Source: Harriotta raleighana (taxonomy: Eukaryota). Taken from it: a stretch of DNA of 64,000 nt. The notes beneath the pieces were generated by a model. It was not told the DNA's origin. It saw only the letters and a list, made by a program, of their open reading frames with translations, and did no database searches. Where the stretch lies: NCBI GenBank assembly GCA_050575255.1, contig JBNZDD010013714.1, positions 5,213,254 through 5,277,253 on the forward strand, given 5' to 3'. This document shows, piece by piece, positions 1-12,200 of this stretch (position 1 is the first letter of the stretch; the number at the start of each line of letters is the position of its first letter). A program made the translations under genes and the position numbers.

Positions 1-3000
1 TTTAATAAAACTCGAGGTGAAAATACGTAGCATTTAAATGTACTGCAATGTGCAACCACCAATATCAGGCAAGATCATTTTTGAAACAAATGCTTAAGAG
101 GTTATGTCCCATTAAGCACTTAAACCAGAGCAATTATTCAATGAGTTCAAGTGCAGTAATTATAAAAAGTGCCATTCAAGGGTATTTATGTATGCTGATG
201 TTACCACTTTGTTATATGAAACCACTGCTAACATATTTATTATTTTTATTTTATTAAGAACCCGGGTGAAAGGCCTGAGCCCGTACTGCAATATATAGTA
301 CCACCGAGGTTGAAAGGAGTCACAGAGAAACAAGATTATTCAAACAGAAGTGGCTAGCTCACGACAAGCTTGGAATTTAAAAGCCTGCTGATTATGTGAA
401 ACGAAGGCTGAAGGGAAGGGGAGGATGAGAATTTCTGATAATTCTTCAATTTAAAAAAAAGCAAAGACTTCACTGAGAATATAGAAAGCATTCAATGGGT
501 TTTTCATACTTTACGCCTAAGTGATAAGTTTGGTTTTATAGTAATGATGATCCAATGGTCAGGATTAGACCAGATCAAGAGAGTAGGTGCTTATTTTGTT
601 TTGTTGGAGCAGCGCGGGGAAAGCATGCAAGCAGATACATAGTTTATTCATTCCTAGAGGCATTTCATTGAGACAAAAGTGAGTTTGTTCTGATGAACGA
701 GTTAAAGACGTTACACGGATAATGCTTGCCAGAGCATTCGAATCCCAAAATAAAAGAACTTTTGACACAGAGTAAAGTCCCAAATTACATATTACTGTCT
801 AGCAGCGCAATAAATCTGCATAAAAGTCAGCCAATGAAAGAAATGCAAAGCAAGCAAAAGCCTCCTTCACTCTGTGCCTACCAGAATTGGCGGTTAACTT
901 CACTTGGCGGTCAGCGTGAAATGGGAAGTGCTTGAATTTAAGACGAGGACTGGCAACACTAGCTAAAAGCATGGTGTGAAAAGGCTTCAATTATTTCCTT
1001 GTTCACAGCTAAGCACAAACACAACAAGCAGCATCAAAATGTGAAGATGATAAAAACTGCAGGACAGGATGAACACACACAAACACACACAAAGGTCAAC
1101 ACAACTCCAGTCTGTTCTGCTGAGGGTTGCTTAACTGACTGAATGCAACAAAATCATTGCAAGTCTTTCATCAACAAACATCCCAGTGACCTCTTTTATT
1201 AGTAAAATATATGAACCCTGACCCAATGCAAAAATTCTATATTTTTCCTAAATATTTCAAAAATTTATTCAACATCTCCAGTGGAGTCTGGGAGTCTGCT
1301 GGATGTAATTTGACATCTGAATTATTTTGAGACCAATATGGAAAGCTATTCAGAGTCTTATTTGAAGATGTGTCAATCAAGATATCACTTATGCTGCAGA
1401 GACCTACTTGAAGATCTCCACAGTGGTGATATCCTTCAGACAACGGCAGATAAGGTGAAGAGAACCTTTGATGAATCTGTCACATTTTAATGCTAAGAGG
1501 CTGTGATAAGAAAAAAATATTTTAATACCCTTTCGCCTCTCCTTTTAGCACCAGCTAAATGTCCACAGCATTCAATGGACTGACTACCCGTGAACCAGAA
1601 ACAATCGCTGGAAGCTCCTCGGCACTAATTTTTCGCTGTGCTGATTAAGATTTTAAATCATGCTGTAAAATCAAAATGGCAGGCCTATCTTCAGCGATGA
1701 GAATGAAAGCTCTGTTCACATGTTTGCTTGTTGAAACAAGTGGCCTTTGCTGACTTTGGTGCGTGCAGGGGCCAGCTATATTAAGCACCCTTTCATCCAT
1801 TTTAGATGAGATCCGGATGATTGAATTATGTGTGATTGTCAGAAAGATGTAGCATGGAAAAAAAAATGCTGCTGCGGATTCCTTTTGATTAAAATCTATT
1901 CTGCGAATGTGGAGTCTGAATCGTACATTTTAGCTTCTCTGCTGCAGTTTCCAAGTGTAATGAAGGCATAGAACTTGAATAAAACTACAGAGGGCAACAC
2001 GCACCAATTACACGGGAATATCACCCATTCAGTTTAAGAGGCTACTGATTTGCAGCCGTTATTTTGCCTAATCCAGTAATCTCTACCAGTTTTAGGTGTG
2101 AGGGAATTCCTATAAGATAAAACATTTTATTTCAAATGCAAATTTCACTGGTCTAGTCCTTCTGAAATATCACTTCAACCCAGTAATGAACTTAGACAGA
2201 GCCCATAATTCTGAGTTATCCCCGTCTTCATTTGTTGTGGGAGGAAAAGGGATCTTTAATTAACTTCAGCATTTGAATAGGCACACAATTTTCATCACGG
2301 GTAATTGCCTTTGATTGCGTTCCTAATTTACTGTTGCTATTGTAATATTGCTTGGCATATTCACCGGCTTTAAGCATGTGACCTTCTCTGGTTTGGAGCA
2401 TTTTGCATTAAGCATCGGAATGGGTTCAACCTTTATATAAAAAAATGATCCATTCACAAAGGGTGAGGAAACTGCTGGAGTCTAAACTGGCAAATCATCC
2501 AGGACCTGGTTCACAATAACACACAACAGGGATATATTATGCTCTTAGGTCCACTTTAAACAACAATAATGGGCTGATAGTGTGGGCAGCTGAAACAACC
2601 ATGAAAGCCATTAGCTGATCTTCCTTAATAAGTTAATTACCATAGTTTGTAGCACTAATTATGTATTTAAATGCCTGTCTCATTCGTAAGCAATGGGATT
2701 AATTTATAAACACCAGCTATGCCACCATTTAGAGATTCTGGATTGGTAACTCTTCCTGAGACACTTTGCCATTCATGGAGTAGTCTTGAGAGAAAACACT
2801 AATTTTAAAATGCTGCGTGATAATAGACATGTCTATTCAGGATCATTACATCCCCTACAGCATAAAGTTGTCATTGTCAGTGGCTGTTGTACTGGTGTTC
2901 CCTGCAGAATTTACAAAAATGATTTCAGCTAAAACATGGCATGTGGTTTGCAACTTGAATCACAGAGCCATTTTGTTTTGTGTACGAAAATTCCTGTTCA

Positions 3001-4105
3001 TTAATGAATTAATTTGAAAGCAGCAGTCTTTTAAACAAAATTCAAATCAACATTTGAAACAAATAATTAAAATGCCACAAATGACTAGATTTAAGCTTGT
3101 CACATGCTGGCTAAGAACATCAGCCAAAATGCAACCTACACATCACATGACTTAATTACAAACAGGTTAATAATGTACAGGGATACTGTAGTAAGTATAT
3201 CATCTAATGCAATGTTGAATGCAGTGTTAAGCATTTTTTAAGAATAATTTTTTATAATTATATTACCAAAAATCAACATCCCTCAAAAAACACATTAGAT
3301 TAACAATGTTACGTTAAGAATGTTTAAAGTATGTTATGAATCTCAAGCAATTAGGGCTCGGTTTTCATATCTGATCCCTTTTTTTCAACAAGGTCATTAT
3401 TTCTGAAACACAGCTCAGTGCTTACATTGAATCAGGAGCATCGAGAGTTCCTTTAGACTCTATGCTATAATAGTTATGCAATAATACCTATTTTTAGGGT
3501 TTGCTCAGAAGTGCTTCAGCCACATAATACCAAGTATGTGTTCTGTACCATCAGGCAGTCATCATCATCTTATAGGTTTCCCATGGCCGCAAACACCCCA
3601 TTCAGCGGTCACATTGTTGCCCATTTTGTTCTTAAGAAAAGGAATCACAGCCTTTTCATGCAATTTAAAATATGAATCTTTATCTTAATCTTAATTTATC
3701 TTAATAAGTTTACTGTATTTGTAAACTCTCACTGTCCCAAAACAAAACAAATGTAGCTGAAATAAAATACACATTCTATAAATGGTTCAACAATTTTAAA
3801 AAAAAACAACAATATTGCAAACACTTAAATGGTATGGCAGCTAAACAAATGCCAAATAAATAACTGTCTTTCCTACATATCTGCTGATGGATGGGTAAGA
3901 TGTGATTCAACTGTAAGATAATCAAATTAATATTGTCACAACTGGGCATCTTCTGGTCATTTTTATTGGGTCCGAAATCTCAAGCCAGCCTGAGACTGGT
4001 GATGAACCTCAGGCTTATTAGGTCAAACCAAGACACACTGAGGGCTCCAACGGCACAGTATTTCCAGGACTCTAAATTGAAACCTAGCAGAAAACATTTT
4101 CAAAC

Positions 4106-4142
4106 ACATACAAACACACACACATACACACACACACACACA
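4106..4142. repeat. Imperfect (CA)n microsatellite
   Basis: acatacaaacacacacacatacacacacacacacaca. Confidence 0.85.
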
Positions 4143-7100
4143 ACCGAGAGCCACATAACAAGAAGATGGAAACAAAGAGCAATGATAGCCTCTGATTTCC
4201 ACAAACCTGCACACCTCTCAGGTGCCATGTTTTACAACAGTACTATAGCTTGTCATCCCAGAGTGCTCCCAGAACAAATTACCTGTCATATCTGTAGATA
4301 ATATCGGAGCGCTCGACCTGACAACTCATCCCCTCAACCCCGACACATAACACAAAGCTGTCTTTCCTAAGTATAGAAGATGCAAGGTGGAGTCATCGAC
4401 TGATAAAGGGAGTTTATTTCAGGCAGCTTTGGGTTGGCCATTGGGGTCAAGCAATAAACACAGGCGAGGAGGATGATTTTGTGTCTTTGCAGCAAGTTCA
4501 GCCAAGCAATAGCTTAGTAAGCTGGACATGCTTTAAGAGGATTTTCAGCGCTCATAAACCAACTGCATGTGTTCAGAATTGTAAAAGTCCTAACTAGCTG
4601 TTTATTTCACTTGCCACTTACCCCTTGGATGTTTCTGAAATCCTATCAAAAAAAATCTCACAATGGACGTCAGTAGCTCAAGTCCAAGGAGAGATGCAAG
4701 TACCTCTGACCACTGACAAACTTGATCAAGGCAAACTATTCCAATTATAATGCTGTATTACAAGGATTGATAACATATTAAAACTAGACAGGCAGGAAGT
4801 TTTGTGATTCATCAAATAGATAAAGATTCTATTTGTAAGTGATGCAGGTTTGTTCAGTAAATTTCAAATACAACTCTGGGATTGTCCAAAGGTTTTAAAC
4901 ATGAAAGCAAACTAATTCTTATAGAGATTTAGGGTTATTATATTTTGAGATCGATACAAAAAGGGAATATTGTGGACTGGCCAGATAGTGGGCCTCTGCT
5001 TAATTTAATTATAGTCATAATATCATGAACTTAAAAACATTCCTCTACCTATGCCTCACTGGGCTTCAGTCTCTACGAACAATTACTTGGTGAACTGCAA
5101 CTTTCACTAAAGGACCTGTTGCCACCTTTCACTTTTCTTATTTAATTGTAGACAGTGGCACACAGAGATGATACTCTATACCACTTCTGCAATAAGTCAC
5201 TTTTTGTACTTTGGAGCTCTTAAGTCTTAGAGCTTTCCAGTTCCCACCTAGATGAGGCTGAATGGAGACCACCAACTTTCAGAATCCCGAGGGCAATGAT
5301 GGGATTGCAGTTGTGCAATGAAAGACTTGCCAATGGACAAAAGTTTTCACACTGGAATCAACTGTGTTGGATATCTCTTGGGTGACTTTATCTAGTTTAT
5401 CAACATTCAGTAGGTGGGATATGGTGTGATCCTCAGATTTTGCCTCATCTATGGCTTTTTGGTGCATTAAGTGGAAGCCACATTGTTTCTACGAAGATGA
5501 ATTTTAGGAATCAAACGTAGATCTTCTGGGTAATCTGGCCTTCTTTTGATCCTTCAACTTAAACCTGCAGAGCAAGATCCATAGAAGATGAAAGTTGAAG
5601 GTTGTCTGGTCATTAATGATTTTTATTGGTTTCAGAAACATCTGAGTCTCTGCTACTACAGTTTCAATGATCAAACACAGTTGGAGTTTCTTATCTGTCA
5701 CCCTCTCTTGGAACCTTTGACAGAAATTACACAAAGTAGTGTCTCGGTTGAAGGAAAGGCGCCTAAATCAATGGGTATACCTGTCAGTCGGCTTTTCATT
5801 GAATTTGAATGTGTGCTGAAATTCAGTGTTGAATTATAAAATAAAATGGCCTCAAATGCTGAAAATACACAGGGCAATATACTGTTCACAAACAACAAAG
5901 CCAATGATATTAAACAAGGTTTACGTAAACTAAAACCATTTACTTGGGCTTGCTCTTATGTGGTATAGAAAGGGAATCCTTGTCAAGGTCTCTCAGAGAG
6001 ATAGGAACCTAGTGTTGTTTTTCTGATGGTTTGGCAACTTGTCAATTGTTCTGGAATTGTGATGAATGATTGAGAAAATCTGATTGCATGCACGCTGTCT
6101 GCTGAAATCAAATCTTTTGTCATCTAACCAGACAATTGGAGGCCAAATGATTGAAAAGACAGATGGGGGGAATGGATAGGGATAGGGGAAGTAGAATAAA
6201 ATATATATCTTTTTTGAAATGGAAGATTTCTATGTTGAAACCACCAATATCCATCTGATATCTGTTGTATTGTGAATTGGCACAGAAAGACAGCAGAAGT
6301 ACAACTGTTATATACTGTCTGTAACTACAAGTGTAGACAGGCAAATAGATCTGTATCCATTGTAATCAATTCAGCTTGTCAAACATATAGACATATATCA
6401 TTCATCTTGGGCTGATGAAACGTAAAGGTACGTAAAGGCATGAATGAAAACATTTAAAAACCTACTGTCCTGCGATATTTAAGCATAATTTAAACCATTT
6501 CCAAAGTATGTCTGATGTTAGAATCATGTCAATATACACAGGACATGGGCTTAACCCTTAAAAACTCCCCACAGAAACGCTTTTTAGCATTACTGCAGAA
6601 TCCATTGAGAGATCAGAATTTATTAGTGCATTTAGTACGGTGCTTTTCCAAATCTGAAAGCCATTTTTTTAAAAAAAGGATAAAAGCAATTCATTTGCTC
6701 AGTTGACAGATAAACACATATTAACAAGCTTGAAGTTTGGTGACAGATGTTTGGTTTCACATTTGTACCTTTATCTTTTTAGTTAATGGAAAAGAGATTG
6801 GTAATAATATGTTGCTTGTGACGGGCTATTCCAAATATTTTACAGATCAGTTTTCTTAAATATTGTTAGAATTGATTAATGGCTTTATTCTAGGTTTTTA
6901 TTCTCCTGGTCAGAACAAACACGAAAGACCAACGTTCATGTGTTTTTCATAGTGTAAACAGGTGCACTATGTATTTTGCTCACCCTGGGCTTGGCTCTTG
7001 CTGATCTGTGCCCAATACGCTCCAGAATTAGGCTGCATCTCACCACAGAGTGGGTGCACAATCCACTCTAGATGCAGGGACATTTCCACGTGCAAGTGTC

Positions 7101-7903
7101 ACACACATGTGGAACTCTTGACATGTCAATGGATTTCTGCGTATGTCAGACATTCAGCGGACACACCAAAAATTTAATGTTTCCATCTGTTAAACTTCCC
7201 TCTCCCTCACCCAACCACATGGCTTTCTAGCTTATCAGACAGATTGATTATCAAAATGGATGTCGGGCAAATGTTAAGTAAATTGTATGGAAGTGCATAT
7301 GGGATGTTCCATACCCCATTCATGTGTGTACGGGAGTGTCTGCAATTTCTCTCTATGAACATTGCACAATTCAATACGGAATGAGTCTGTTTTTGTAAGA
7401 GTATGAATCCACATTTCTCTACACCAGTAGGCCCAAAAGGGCAAATATCCAGCAATTTTCATTCTTAGCCAGGCACCAGATATGGCAATGCAGCTTGTCA
7501 CTTTCCTTAGCTATCCTGGTGAGATTGACTCAGTGAAGTGAAAGGCCACGGAAAGCATAAAGTGATTCCACCACTCAATGACAACACACATTGCTATTCC
7601 AACAAGTGCCATTATAGCCAACTTGCCTTCATGGAAGGAGACAAAAGAATTTCCAAATCCAAATGAAGTCTTTGTAAAGTCAACTTGTAACGATATGTTT
7701 AATAAGGTGTATCTTTTAAAAAAGTGAGCAAAATGTTTACAAACATACACCTAACAACAAGAACGAAATTACATTTATAGAGCATTTTTCATGTCGGGAG
7801 GACGACCCAAGGCGTTAGTGTATTCTAGGATGCATTTTTATATACAGTATAGGTTAAGAGCAAAGCTAATTGGTCTATTATTGACATGTACTCATTGGAA
7901 ATA

Positions 7904-8231
7904 TAATAATAGTAATCCTTGCATTTGATATAGCGTTTTTCACATCTTATCGACGTCCCAAAGCGCTTCACAAAATAGACTGTAAAGTGAATTGACTGTA
8001 TATTTGGGGGCAGAACCCGGCAGCCAATTGCACACAGCAGTGTCCCACGAACAGTCATAGATTGAAATGACCAATTTTATTATTGTGTTTTTTTTGGAGG
8101 GATTATTTTAGGCATGTGGAGTAAGGAATGTGGAGTAAGGAAACTTGCCCAAGCTTTCACCCTGATCTGCCTGGATTTTAACACAGGTTACATGCTCGTA
8201 AGGCGAGTGCTCTAACCACAGGAGCTCCACA
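7904..8231 (-). mobile_element. Full-length tRNA-derived SINE (abundant family, short variant)
   Basis: Reverse complement of the copy at 38618-38927: head TGTGGAGCTCCTGTGGTTAGAGCACTCGCC, tail ...GCGCTATATCAAATGCAAGGATTA(TTA)n; small internal tandem duplication atgtggagtaagga. Confidence 0.9.
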
Positions 8232-8998
8232 AATATAACATCTATGTTGCATGTAATGTTGGTGCCATTTCGTGATGCCAATTTTCATAAGTGTTGGACA
8301 AAACATTGTTGCTGCATTACAAAAGAAAATCAATAAGCAAACAACAACACCAAAATTACACGGTACAGCTCCTTTCACATCGGGAGGACATCCCAAGGGT
8401 TAAAAAAAAAGAATCAGACCTGATATCAGATGCCAAATCCTGCAGCTCTAAATGTAATTGCAGCACATCAAATCCCCAAGGCCAAACCATTTTTGAAATC
8501 ACATAGCTTGTTTTATGAATCAAGGTATCCAGGACATTCCATTGACTGGATTATGGCCCATGTTCAACACCATAACATTTTGATCGGTTGAAACTCAAGA
8601 CAAGAAAATCTGACTCTATTCAGCTTTATGACCCAATAGGAAACTAGAAGGAACAGCTGGTCCAAGCCAACCACATTTAAGTACTTTATCACCCAGTAGG
8701 TAGAGTCTAGTCGGAATAAGATCAGCTCCTTTTAAATATCAGTCTCCGACTTATCGTTTTATAAAAAAATGTTTTCCCAAGAGTTACAGAATTTGTAGAC
8801 TGTAATGATATTATAAACTCTACCAAGGGATATGTACTCAGCTGCCTGTTCTTTATCATATATAATGTTTTCTTTTTTGGAGTGGAGGGTAGGGGTTGGG
8901 TGGGTAAAAAAGCTTACTGTAAACTCTAACCTTCCTTGTTTGCACAAGTGCTGAGGGCACTGTAGTGCATGCCAAAAGATAAGAATAAGTAAATGTAA

Positions 8999-9004
8999 TT
9001 TATT
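8999..9004 (-). promoter_or_regulatory. Candidate proximal polyadenylation signal AATAAA
   Basis: tttatt on + = AATAAA on -, about 15 nt after the FTO stop codon; common word in AT-rich DNA. Confidence 0.25.
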
Positions 9005-9018
9005 TTTCTTCTCGACAC

Positions 9019-9178
9019 TCACCGCTGTTTACTTGCAGACATGAAATGATTCCTCAAACATGAGATAGTTTCTTGTAGGTCATAGGGTAGAGGCATATCA
9101 GGGTCTTCATCTTGCCAATGAGGGCGACATTCTGGCTGGTCATCAATTGGTAGATTATTAACAAGTCTGGACTGACAC
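9019..9178 (-). CDS. FTO: FTO (alpha-ketoglutarate-dependent dioxygenase / m6A RNA demethylase), last coding exon, C-terminal domain
   Basis: Manual reverse-complement translation gives g|TGT CAG TCC AGA... = CQSRLVNNLPIDDQPECRPHWQDEDPDMPLPYDLQETISCLRNHFMSASKQR*, matching the recalled human FTO C-terminus [50 protein letters not shown]. Acceptor tctcttgtgtttcccttctAG|G (AG at 9180-9179), phase 2. TGA at 9021-9019. Absent from the ORF track because it is a short spliced exon. Confidence 0.93.
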
Positions 9179-12094
9179 CTAGAAGGGAAACACAAGAGAT
9201 GTTAACGTACAAAGTAAAAGCAATTTCACCACTATAACTAGATCAAAACAGGTTACATAAGAGACTGTCGAAGTCAAAAGGAGATTTATTTTTTAAATTG
9301 ATGTTTAAAGTACTTCAATCACTGAACAAATCCAAAGTAACATTGAGAGCAATCATTCATCTTTACAGCAACAAAATCCAAGCTTTTTTTTGTATGTATT
9401 AACAATATTTGCCAACTGTTAATATAAATCAAACACATCGCAGACAAAACAATAAACATATTGTTTCCCAATCCCTTGAAGCACGTCTGTCTTACATTGT
9501 CTCATCAGATTCATTAGGATGGAGGGCAAAACTGTTTTAATTTGTAGCTTTTACTTTGGCTCCCAGTAAATTACTTAATCTGACAAAAAGATCTTTTTCA
9601 ATTTTAAGACATTTGTCTGACATGAAATACACTGGATTTCTGTTAACATGTAACAATTATTAAACAAAATGCTGAAACAGTACAGCTCAAAAATGTACTT
9701 TATGAATTGATTACCCAAGATGAAAGCTGGTTACAAAACAGATCTTCAAAGCGTGCTCATTAGGATGCAAAAGATGTGACATAATTCTTTCAATCACAGA
9801 TTGTGGTACTGTGAAAAACTCAGGCTGTAATACTGTAATCTCAACAGCATCAGAGATTAGATGTCAATGTATTTCAATACACTGAACATCACAATTTAAA
9901 TAGTGTTTTTCCATACCAGTTTTGACAACTCAATCCTTTCAAAGAAATTAATGCACCAAATATGAAATTAATCAATCTTTGAACTGTTGCACACAACAGT
10001 TTAAACCAGGTGATTTGAAATATGCTATATTTCACCATCTGAGAATGTTATTAGCATAGCTATATAAACAGATACATGTTTAATACTGTATACACACTTA
10101 AAACCACTAAACAGCATTTGCTGTGTGTACCTAATTGCTACACAAACATCTACAGAATTCAGACTGGCAGTACATTACACAGTGAAGACAGTATTAACAT
10201 ATAATATACCAATATATCTTCAGCAGTCTACATCATTTCAGGATAATAGCATCTGTTAACATGCACTAAGCACTATTATGTAGCACATCACTTCATAAAT
10301 AATAAGATTACCTGACCTCAGGGCCCTGAAAAGAGTAATGTGTTTAAACGTTCTCATTATTTATTTAAAACAAGAATTAAGGAAACAAAAGCTATGCAGG
10401 ACAGCTCAGTTACTATAAATGATCGAGCAGATAGGACTTTATATGTCTCTGGATAAAAAATAACTTTTTTTTATAAATCAGAGTTGATACATTATTGACA
10501 GAATCGTAAGGCTAGTTACATTAGGAAACATTATTTGTGAAGCTACAATTAACCACTTCTGCTAAGATCTGGGTTAATTAAGTATATCTGAGCAGTCAAT
10601 AGAAGGTTAATGTAAAAGTCAAGGGACAAAATGCCTTTCAGCTCAGCATCAGTCTGCACACTAAATGACTAACATTGTGCTTGGTCTTCTAGATCAATAG
10701 TTTTTCATAGCAATGCCTTTCATGTGGTTTTAAGGCTGCACTATGCTTTACAGTTGGCCTGTAGTTCAACACTATTACAAATTCAGAACTACACAACAAA
10801 AATTGATTTAATGAAGTGTTTTTGCTAATCAGTTATATCCTTTCTCACCATGACTCATTTCATCTCCACAAAGTCATTTTACAGACTCTGTGAGGAAAAC
10901 AGCCGGCCTGGACGCTGTAACATCCTGTTTGTGGTGCTTACCTCAAAGGTGAAGCTGGAAATGAATGAAATTTGAGAACAGTTCTAATAAATAGGCAAAG
11001 AGATGCACAGTATTTGTCTGAACAGCTCTCAACACTCTGCTGTAGCAATTAAATGGCAGTTATTGTTTACGATCCAATTCTCCATGAATAGATCTCCCAT
11101 CATAAATGTAATAGAGAACTAAAATAAGTGCCAGTCAAACACCCGGGAATACTGGCAGTGAAATGTCTGATAGGCATCCTTAGCAGTGGAGCAAGGAATG
11201 CAGGATTGAAGGCATACTGATATGGTACAAGTGAGAAGTCACAGAGGATTGAAAGACCATCAGTACAAGAGAAGCTATAGCTCTGTTTAGATACTGCGCA
11301 GTGCCATTTCTTATTAAGACGAGTGCAATCTCTAGCACAGTTAAACATAAAGGACAGAGAGTTGGCAGCTCAGCCAGTCTTTCGATGGCAGCTAGTGTGA
11401 CAGATTGCTTTCCTCTTAAAATGGCGAAGTGCAACACATAAACAGTATAAATTACGACCACACTTCCATTCAAGCTTAAGGGTCCATAGCTGCACTGGAG
11501 TGACTGTGCAAGGCTTCACTGACACTCGAAATGCAGCAAACACATTTGAATATTTGCAGCTGACAAGTAAGTTGCTTAAAATGGAAGTCTTTAACAGCCA
11601 TGACAGCTGTACAGGACGTACAATCTGGGATTTAAAAAATACAATGTTCAGGAACAAAGTTATTAGGAAAAACCCAAAACAGGGAATAGAATTACAAAAC
11701 ACCTGGGAGATATTGAATGACAGCGACGGGCTCTATGTGGACCTTCTACATCTGCCCTCAATTTGACAAGACACTACACATGCATCCAATTACTGCTGGA
11801 AAACACGTACTCTCATCTGCACACACTCATCACTTAAAGAGGGAGCCTTGCCCTCACCACCACTTTACAAAATCAAACATTTACAAATTATGATTAATTT
11901 TAATGGCCTTCTGTTTGTTTCTGTCAATTTCTGTAATGTTTTTCAAAAAAGGAAAACTATGGTTGGAGGGGGGATGTATTTTTGTTTGTTGTAATTTAAA
12001 GGCTCAAGTATTAAAGGCAAGTGTTTAATTGTTCAAATATGGAGAAACTTTACTGTTGCCCTCCGTTCCCCTCCGATCTCTTGGCTGGCAGAGA

Positions 12095-12200
12095 TTGCTA
12101 TGTGCAATTGGCTGCTGTGTTTCGCACACAAAATATACAGTCAATTCACTTTACAGTATATGGTGAAAAGTGCTTTGAGACGTCTCAATGATATGATAGA
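12095..12200 (+). mobile_element. 3' fragment of the abundant SINE
   Basis: gtgcaattggctgc...aaatatacagtcaattcactttacagtatat...gctttgagacgtctc matches other copies. Confidence 0.75.

Noticed and set aside
1237-1443. 68-aa minus ORF with somewhat coding-like composition
   Set aside because: No recognisable family and no convincing splice-site pair
5279-5734. Minus-strand ORFs downstream of FTO as additional coding exons
   Set aside because: No recognisable homology, and not in frame with the candidate acceptor at 5815; may be UTR or intergenic
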